Positions 37,401 through 47,500 of a DNA stretch of 64,000 nt are shown here, piece after piece. The DNA comes from Octopus vulgaris (taxonomy: Eukaryota), in NCBI GenBank assembly GCA_951406725.2, contig OX597820.1:114886001-114950000 (forward strand), written 5' to 3'. The position numbers were made by a program, and so were the translations under genes. Under the pieces are notes generated by a model, which did no database searches, was not told where the DNA came from, and saw only the letters and a program-made list of their open reading frames with translations. The stretch's first letter is position 1. Each line of letters begins with the position of its first letter.

Positions 37401-38162
37401 TTAATAACAATCCAAAACATTTTCATCGTCTTCTTCACTCATCTCTCCTTCATCACAATCAGCAAGTATGTCTTCGATTAAAGATAGCGGGTTCTTTATG
37501 TATAGATCGCAGTTCATTTGACAATCCTGTAAATAACTACTTACATCAAGCTCGGAAAGCATTTCCACAAAAGCCACGCCTTTATGTTTTTTTGCAGACC
37601 GTTCGCAAGAACGACAACAATCTTTACTACAACACTGGTACAAGTCCTGTGCATCTTCCATATTCACAGTTTTAACAAGACATTGCCCAATGTCTTCCAG
37701 CTTGATATGTTCAGCTAAAAATTTCTTCAAATTAACAAGGACACGGCCAGCTTCTTCTTGCACACTGTAGTCACAGTCTCGATAGGCTAAGAGTAAAGAA
37801 TCAATGCAGTTGATCTGCTGAAGTTTAGAGAGCATCTTAAGTATCTTACAATTTGTACAAGCTTTACATATTTCCCCTGACATGACTAACCCAGCTGCAT
37901 AGGACGGAACATTAGTTGTACTTTGTAATGTCGATTGCTCTTCAGAAATGATGATACTCTCCCAATATTCAATGCTAACCTTCTTCACTTCCCAATCCAA
38001 GTCGTCCTGCAACACATTGTACATCGCTTTATGAAAAACTGCAAGATGATTCCTGCCGTGCACAGTTTTTGACAATTTCAGAAGGAATTTTGCAGCTGCC
38101 CGCCGTGCAAAGGCTTCACTGTCTGTTTCAAGAATATTCATAATGTCTTGCTGAATATCAGC
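37401..38162 (-). CDS. BRAT1: BRAT1 terminal exon (ADIQQD...ENVLDCY*)
   Basis: ORF 37401..38180; tttttcag acceptor; DSEAFARRAA, DLDWEVK and DCY terminus. Confidence 0.95.
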   Translation of the reverse strand, partial: ADIQQDIMNILETDSEAFARRAAAKFLLKLSKTVHGRNHLAVFHKAMYNVLQDDLDWEVKKVSIEYWESIIISEEQSTLQSTTNVPSYAAGLVMSGEICKACTNCKILKMLSKLQQINCIDSLLLAYRDCDYSVQEEAGRVLVNLKKFLAEHIKLEDIGQCLVKTVNMEDAQDLYQCCSKDCCRSCERSAKKHKGVAFVEMLSELDVSSYLQDCQMNCDLYIKNPLSLIEDILADCDEGEMSEEDDENVLDCY

Positions 38163-38516
38163 CTGAAAAAATAATTTCACAAAATACTGGATTAGAAAAT
38201 GTTCGTTTTTTTTGTTTTTTTTTTAATTTAATATTAATATTTTTAAAATTTAATATTAATAAGTGATGAATAGAAATGTAATTTGGAATATTTAGTTCCA
38301 GGAATGATGAAACATACAAGTAAAGTACTGTTGTTAGTTCAGTTTAATCTGTCCTACACGTATAGTAAAATCTCATTTAGATATAAGCAGAGCAATAATT
38401 TGACAGAAATGCATTTAGACACAAGCAATTTTTAAATTCATTTTTATGTTGTTTAATTCCTATGTTTTTCATTTTATGTTGATAAAATAAATATCAAGAA
38501 ATACCCTGGGTGAATC

Positions 38517-38568
<52 letters not shown>

Positions 38569-41500
38569 TATATTAAATTAGAGATAAAACCGCTATTAGG
38601 CAAATCAAACAGTGAAAATCATAAGCCAATACATAGAAATAAAATTAATTAAAAAATATATAAAATATAAAAATCCAATTAAAATATTTAAATTAAAGTT
38701 AAAATTTTAAAAAATTATTTAAATTAATAATTTAAACTTATAAATTATAAATATATATATATTTCTATTATTATTTTATTTAATTATTTTTTTTTAATAT
38801 TTTTAAAATTTTTTATTTTTATATTTTTTATATTTATTTATATATATATATAGTACAAAGAAAGGTAGGGGTTATGGGTGTAACCCACTATGTGGTGTCA
38901 TTTATCCAATATACTGTTGGTAAATAAGTATTATATATTTTTTTAATGCCTACAACCCTAGTATGTTGACATCTATAGGCAATGAAAATGAGATTCACTT
39001 TTGACCATAGGCTGAAACAGCTGTAAGAAATAATTTCTGGATTTCAATAATTTATAATATGAATTTTAAAAACTGTATTTGTATTATTATATTATCTATT
39101 GATTTATATAATATTTTGTATGCTTTTGATGTTCTCATTTGTAAAATGATTAAATAATCTAATATTTAAATATCCGTAAGTTGATAAACAAACTGAATTT
39201 GTTTCTCCATTTTCTTATTTGTATCATATATCATCGTTTAACGTCCGTTCTCCATGCTAGCATGGGTTGGACAGTTCGACCGGGGATCTGGGAAGCCAGA
39301 AGGCTGCCCAAGGCTCCGGTCTTATCTGGCAGTGTTTCTACAGCTGGATGCCCTTCCTAATGCCAACCACTACGTGAGTGTAGTGGGTGCTTTTTACGTG
39401 CCACCTGCACTGGAGCCAGGCGAGGCTGGCATCGGCCACGGTCGGATTGGTGCATTTTACGTGCCACCTGCATATATATATATACATCACTTCCTCACAA
39501 TAAACTCATTTCTGATTTTAGGCACAAGATTATCAATCAATCAATCCTAATACTTACCTGGTACTTTATTACATCAACCCTGAAAAGATGAAAGACTTAG
39601 CTGTCTTCAACAGGGATTGAACTCAGAATGTAAAGTGCCAGAACAAATAGTACAAGATTTTTTTGTTTTAAATCCTACCAGTTTACCACCTCCCACCCCG
39701 CTCAATAACGTTTTATAAAGAATGGTAAAAGCACAAGATGTTGAAATTGTCTGCCTGCAAACATTTTTCTGAACTAGTTACCATAGGTTCAGTGTTGTGG
39801 GTTAATAAAATATTCAATATTAGTAAAACCTGTGGAAATTCCACAGAACAAAAAAGATTAAGAGAAGCTATTTAAAAAAAAAGAATGATTTGCATTTTTA
39901 TTTTGCTAAGTTATTTCATGTCTAGTAACAATAATATATTATATGATTTTAAAATGTCCCTCTGCTAAGCACTTTATATTTCTCTCTTCAACAAACTTTT
40001 TAACCATGTAACCCCCTTCTTCATGTCTTTAACATTTCCCTCTTTCTCTTCACCTCACATTTCCACTAACCACGTGAGTGACAGCATAATGCATTGGCTG
40101 GCTATCTGCTCTCTCATTTGCTAACATTTCATCTTCATCTCTTTCACTCCACCTTTTCCTCCTCCTCTCTAACAAACTAAAGCGTAAAGTGTGAAAGAAC
40201 AGGTAGAAGAATAATATTATAGATTTAGTTCAATAAAGAATTCTTTGCACTATCAACACACCACCACCACCACCACCATAGTTTTCAGTAACAAAACTCA
40301 TTTCATTTCCTTTTCGTTTGGTTGTTTGTTTATATCTATTTTTTCTTGCTGTTGCTGTTTCTCTATTCTGATAATACAAACATTATCTCTCTTTCTCTCT
40401 CAATATAACTGCTTCCACTGTCTCTCTCTCTTTATCTGCCTTTCTTTAACCTCAATACCAGAACATCACCCTCTGCTAAATATTGTATCTCAAACATATC
40501 TTTTTCTCTTTACCTTTCCCTCCCCACCCCACAGCATATCATTAACACTTCTCTCTCCCTCTTTTCTCTCACTGGCTTTTTCTCTTGCTCTTTGCCTTTC
40601 CCTTTAACTAACTAGGTGAAGCATTGGGCCTTTCTCTACTTCTTCCTCAATTCTTTCTTCTTTACTCACACTCTTCCCCTCCTCTCACTTTTACTCCACC
40701 TCCATCTCTCTAACTAAAGTATAACAGGCAAATGAACAAGCAGATTATTATATAGCTACTGTGTCAATTTAACTGTTTATTCATTGCATCTTGCAAGGTT
40801 TGAACTTGTTCCCAATGAAACAAAATCAATGATGATGATGGCCAAAAAATAATATACACGATAAACAATTTGCTCGGTGCTTATAATACTAAAGATATTA
40901 CAGACGAGTCAGCTATATTATTAAAACCTCACTTAAGTAAATGAAATCAGTATTTCTAATAAATGTATAAAACTAGTTTTAAATACACCAAATGGCTTAA
41001 TTTTTTTAAACCTGATCACACGGCTTATCAAAAAGTCATCAGCTGCCTTACCGTAAATAGTGAAACATGCATGATATCAGTAGATTAGAAATGAAGTTTT
41101 TTTATTTGTCTTAAGCATTTTTAAAGGAAAAGTGGAATAGTTAATTGAAGCCCAATATATTACTGATACCTACTTTATCAATACTGGAGATTCAATATTG
41201 ATGATAAAGACTAAATATCGAAAGTTTTGATATCAGTGCTTTCTTATTTCTACAAATTTGCAACCTAGTATCTCCTAAATGGGACATATTTGAATGAGAT
41301 ATGTTCCTTCTCAAGCCACTCCTGGCTCATAAGGGCCAGTTTCCTTGGCGTATAGGTTCCCCACCTGGACAAGATGCCAGTCCGTTGCAGGTGAGCTACA
41401 AGATGCAGGAGGAAAGAGTGAAAGTTGTGCCGAAAGAGTCAGCAGAAGTTCGCCATTACCTTCTGCCGGAGCCACGTGGAGCTTAGGTGTTTCGCTCATA

Positions 41501-44500
41501 AACACACATATCGCCCGGTCTGAGATTCGAACCCGCGATCCCTCGACCGCGAGTCCGCTGCTCTAACCATTAGGCCATGTGCCTCCACAATGAGATATGG
41601 ACTCTGCAAGACACAGCAGACTACCAGTCTATGAGAGTAGTTATTCCAAAGAGGAACTGAAAATGAATGAAAAGGAGTCTAGACTAACTGTAGATAACCA
41701 CTCTTAGCACCAGTGGTATGATAAAATTGATCCAGTCCACACCGTAACATACAAACAACAAAACTGACGAGTTACTCAGTGTTGTAAGAGAGATGGTGTT
41801 GACCGAGATGCTATGAAACCAGTTCAAGGAAAAATAATCATATAATGACATTTGCTGAAACAAAATAAAAATATAAATTTAAAACTGACCGGAGATTTTT
41901 CAACAGTTGAAAGAAAATTTGACCAGAGATCATCAATATTAAGCAAATGTAACAGGGCTGATATACAAGTGGCACGGACATAACTTTCGCCATCAGATAA
42001 GCTGGAGTAAGCTAACGAATGAAGTTTATTCTCCTGTACCCACGACTGAAGTTCAGGTGCTGTTAAAGAGAAGTGAAGTGAAATATAGAAATGGCGATTT
42101 TTCTTGTGTCAAAGACAAACGATTTTTTTATAATTAGGTAGAAAATCAAATATCATCATCATCATCATCTTAATGTTCATTTTTCCATGCTCGTGTGGGC
42201 CAGATGATATTTATTGAAGCAGATTTTTTATGCTTGGATACAAAGTGTACTGGGTACTTTTTATGTGGCACCAGACACATAAAAGAAGGGAGGCCACAAA
42301 GTGTTGGCACTCTGTCCGTTATGACGACGAGGGTTCCAGTTGAACCGATCAATGGAACAGCCTGCTCGTGAAATTAATGTGCAAGTGGCTGAGCACTCCA
42401 CAGACACGTGTACCCTTAACGTAGTTCTTGGGGAGATTCAGCATGACACACAATGTGACAAGGCTGGTCCTTTGAAATACAGGTACAACAGAAACAGGAA
42501 GAAAGAGTGAGAGAAAGCTGTAGTGAAAGAGTAAAGCCTCGTAGAGCTTCAGGTGTTTTCGCTCAATAAACACTCACAACGCCCGGTCTGGGAATTGAAA
42601 CCGTGATCCTATGACCGCGAGCCCACTGCCCTAACCACTGGGCCATTGCGCCTCCACAATTAATCACAAAACAAAACTCTTCAACTGAATGGGGGATATG
42701 AGAGTATAAGAAAGGGACAGAAGCATGTATCATGCTGAAGAGGTAATGGAGAGAGAGAATAGGGATAGAGAAACAGAAAGGGTAGGCAAGTGTGCAAGAG
42801 AGAAAAGAGTAAAAAAGGGGATTAGCAATGGGGGTAGGGGTGAATGTAGTGAGTGTGCTGGAGTGAAAAAGAGTGTGACAGATAATGAGGAGTGAGGTAA
42901 ATAGAAGTAAATGCCAGTTTAAGGGGAGAGAAGTGAAGGAGAGGAAATTGAAGTGGGTCAGCAAGGAAGAGGAGGAGGTAAAGTAGGGTAGTATGGATGC
43001 AATGTGAAGTGTAGGGGGATCATTTAGCACATTTAAGTGAACAGTACTACAGTTGGAAGTCACATGTTTGTGAGAAGCAGAGATCCCCAAACTTTTTACA
43101 CTATCGACCCCTTCATGGAATCCTTGACCTCCCCCCCCCTCACCAACCCCCAGGCATGTACAAGAGAATAAATAAATAATAATAATAACTAAGTAGCTGT
43201 GCAGTTTCCATATTCATTAGTGAGGGAAACTGCATGCCAAGCCCTGCAAAAGTGTTGTTCTCTATCCCCATCCCTTGTGAATATCTCTCAAGAAATATAG
43301 GGAAACAAAAAGCAAAAACTGCTTACTGTCGTTGTGGAAATCATGAGAAATCATCACCACCATCATCATCATCGTTTAACGTCTGTTTTCCATACTAGCA
43401 TGGGTTGGACGGTTCGACTGGGGATCCGGGAAGCCAGAAGGCTGCACCAGGCTCCAGTCTGATCTGGCAGTGTTTCTACAGCTGGATGCCCTTCCTAATG
43501 CCAACCACTCCGAGAGTGTAGTGGGTGCTTTTTACGTGCCACCAACACAGGTGTCAGGCGAGGCTGGCAACAGCCATGATCGGATTGGTGCTTTTTACGT
43601 GCCACCGGCATGGAAGCCAGTCAAGGTGGCGCTGGCATTGGCCACGTACAGATGGTGCTTTTTACGTGCCACCAGCACAGAAGCCAGTCAAGGTGGCGCT
43701 GGCATTGGCCACATTCGGACGGTGCTTTTTACGTGCCACCTGCACATGTGCAAAATATTGAATGTAAATGTTGGAATTCAACATAAAGTGTTCAAACTTA
43801 TTGAAATATGTGGAAATGCAAATTGATAAAATGAATATGTTGCATGAAATATTGGATTGAGCAATAAAAAGAGAGGAGAATCTGTTTGCTGTTATTTGGT
43901 GCCTAATATTAAATACATTAAAAAAAATTAATGTAGCTTTTTATTGAATTGACTGACATCATTAATGGGAAGATTGTGTTTGATGAACATTAGAAAGGGC
44001 ATTGATATTTGGTTGGAGATTGGTGAGTTTTAATCATAAGTCACCATTCTCTTCCAGGGTCGGTCTGTTTCTCTGCTTTGTTAGAAATGCATTTGCATGG
44101 CTAAAACCAGCTTCAACGATGTACGAATTTGGGAAAGCAAGTAAAAATAGCTCAACCACTGCACAAAGCTTGGGATATTTAGAAGCAGTATTTACATTGC
44201 TCCAATAGTCGCTGAGTCTTTTACTTCTGAACAATGATGTATCTTCGAGATTCACACACACATCAAGTTCATCTTCTAAGTGAGATTCAATGTCTGCATT
44301 TTCTATTCCCAAATGAAATGGTGCAACAATCCAGCTGGGTACATGCATTTTCTCCAGGTCCTTGAAACATACTTTAAAGTCTTCTCTTAATTTTTCAAGG
44401 TGCCTTATGTATATATCTAAATCATAGTCTGAAATATTTTCATCTTCCAATTGCCACAAGTTTGAAAAATATTTAAAATTTCTATGCACCAATGAAGATT

Positions 44501-47500
44501 TCAATAGCCCCATTTTGACTCGGAAGCCTATTAGGATTGAACAACTGTAACATCTTTACCTTGCGTACGATTCTGTATTTCATTAAATTTTGAATATAGG
44601 TCTGCCAAATAGAACAGATGGTTCTTACACATTTCCAACTCGTCACATAGTGATGGGTCTACACCTGTAAGAAGCTTCACAGTTGAGCCATAGAGGTCAA
44701 CAAGTCTTTGCAAGCTGTCACCACTTGCCAACCACCTTACCTCAATGTGCAAAAGTAATTGGTTCAAAGTTTCATCATTTTTTTCACATCATCATCATCA
44801 TTTAGCATCCGTTTTCCATGCTAGCATGGGTTGGACTAACATAACATTGCAAATATTTGTGAATTGAGAGGATGAGCTTTAATTTTATTGACTGACCTGA
44901 TACACACTTTTAAGGCACCATGCAGTTCACCACTAAGTCTTTTGGCTACAAGACGGTGACTGTGTAAAACACAGTGAACAGTATGTACATTGGGAACCTT
45001 TTCCTTGAGTAAGGTGGCAAATCATTGTTGGTGCACCATCAGTAGCCACTGCAGTAATATTCCTGAGGGGAACATTGCGTTTCTTCAAATAATCCTCCAA
45101 ACACAGAAAAAAATTCTCTCACCTTTCGTATCACCTTTAATGTACTTAGCAAACAAAAACTTGTCAACAATGTCCTTTAGGCTTGGACTATAATACCTCA
45201 CATAGGCCATGAGAATATTTGAACTGCCAAAAGTTGATTCATTGAGTTGAACAGAAAACTTGCAATGTTGAAGCTCAGATGCCAAGGTTCTCTCCACATC
45301 GTTGGTCATCTCATCAATGCATTGTTGCACTGTATTTGCACTTAATGGTATGCATTTTAGAACAGGTTGAGAGACTTTCTTCATAACATTTTCAATCATC
45401 ATCATCATCATCGTTTAACATCCACTTTCCATGCTAGCATGGGTTGGATGATTTGACTGAGGGATGGCGAACCAGATGGCTGCACCAGGCTTCAATCTTG
45501 ATCTGGCAGAGTTTCTACAGCTGGATGCCCTTCCTAACGCCAACCACTCTGAGAGTGGGTGCTTTTACGTGCCACTGGCACGGGACCAGTCAAGTGGCAC
45601 TGGCAACGACCTTGCTTGAATCCTTTACACATGCCACCGGCACAAGTGCCAGTAAGGCGATGCTGGTAACAATCACGCTCGAATGGTGTCTCTTATGTGC
45701 CACCAGCACGGAGGCCAGATAGCTGCTCTGGCAATGATATCGCTCAGATGGTGCTCTTAATACCCTACTAGCACGGGGCTTGAGTGCCAGTAATGCGACG
45801 CTGGTAACGATCACACTCGAATGGTGCCTTTTAAGTGCCACTGGCATGGAAGCCGGTTAGCCGCTCTGTCAATGATCACACTCGTATGGTGCTCTTTGCA
45901 CCCCGCTAGCACGGACGCCAGTCATCAAATTTGATTTTGTGCTGGTATTGTGATCTCTTCACCAAGGGTATATGATTTTCCTTTCTTTGCTATATTAAGG
46001 GAGATGCTGTATAATGTCTTCAGTCCTCTTTCATTATCAGCACTGGCAGATGCTTCAAAAAATTTCTTGAAATTTGGTTGATTTCTAAATTTTTCTTTCA
46101 GCATCTTAAAAAAAATCAAGATTTTTGTTTGTCTTAACAGAATGAATCTTTCCAAGGTGGTCTTTCAGGGCATCATTACTGAAAGCCTTTTCGCATAACA
46201 GGCACATCAGCATTGTTTCATTAGTAAATGAAGGTAAGAATCCAAATTTCAAAAACTCTTGTGAATATTGTCTGCACTTCTTAGCGTTAGTGGCTATCAT
46301 TGTGCTTACTAGAAAATGGGTAAATTTAAACAGTAAATGCACAGTTATCAGTTCATTGACACCACTCCAATAGCTATGGGTGTCTCTGGACCAGTTGGCA
46401 CCAATGGCCATCTGATGGTGGCTCTGGCCAGCAAGCATGTGCTACGTATCGGGCACTGAGTTGATCTATGTCTCTCTTTCCCTGTATGTATGTGTAGTGG
46501 TTAGAATGTTTGTGTGTATTTGTATGGTTACACACCACCATTCTACACTCAATTGGGTTCTGTCTCTGCAATGTTTGATGTTATTGTAAGTGAAAGAATT
46601 GTCAATGCTGCTTCTGTGTGACTGTAGGTTTGTATGGGCACCAACCACGTTGGAGAGTCAGCAATAGATGTATCAGAAAGTTGTATTTTATGTATTTGTA
46701 GTCCTTATACGAATGTCAGCTTTCAATCCCAAAAGTTCAATTGACCCCACCAGTATTTATTGACCCCACTTCTGACCCCCAGGCACTTATCAACCCCTTG
46801 AATAGTCCCATTGAGCCTTAGAGTCGATATCAACCACTTTTGAGACACTTAGTCTAAAGTTTTAAGCTTTGTAATAGGAAGTGAATAGAAAAGATAGGAA
46901 ACATTTAGATATTCTAAGTGTTTTTATCTAAAAGCTATAAACCTGTGTTCCATACCCACTCAGAAAAGCTGTCAGTGGTGAAAGTTGATTTAAATAGTGT
47001 TTAATACATTCTTAATCTTTCAGTAAACATAATCACTGGATAAACAAAAGTTCAGGGGTGACCAACACAAACTTATTCCAAGGATTACCTCACTGTGGAA
47101 TTAATTGTCTTTAAGTCCTGTAATCATCTGCCCAGCCTTACTCATCTCTCTTTCTTTTATACATTCTTTACTACACACAAGGGGCTAAACACAGAGAACA
47201 AACAAGGACAGACAAACGGATTAAGTCGATTATATCGACCCCAGTGCGTTAACTGGCACTTATTTAATCAACTCCGAAAGGATGAAAGGCAAAGTGGACC
47301 TCGGCAGAATTTGAACTCAGAACGTAACAGCAGACGAAATACTGCAAAGCATTTCGCCCGGCGTGCTAACGTTTTTGCCAGCTCGCCACCTTTACATTCA
47401 TGTATACCAATGTGAATATTGTGAAGTGTTTATGTTCTTGTAAAAGGGAGGAACTTTCTAAATAAGAGACGTAAGTTACATTAATATTTACCTTTAAATG

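Noticed and set aside
42563-43090. 175-aa hydrophobic ORF (and 40245..40607) resembling membrane proteins
   Set aside because: They arise from purine/pyrimidine-biased low-complexity intron DNA (the first also runs into a SINE head); no domain or splice support.
43500-43745. CRISPR-like repeat/spacer pattern (GGTGCTTTTTACGTGCCACC every ~62 nt)
   Set aside because: The spacers are homologous to each other, the array lies in a LINE 3'UTR, the DNA is eukaryotic and there are no cas genes.
43900-46330. Domesticated SCAND3/ZBED8-like gene nested in BRAT1
   Set aside because: Multiple frameshifts, stops, altered catalytic motifs and retroelement insertions indicate a dead hAT transposon.
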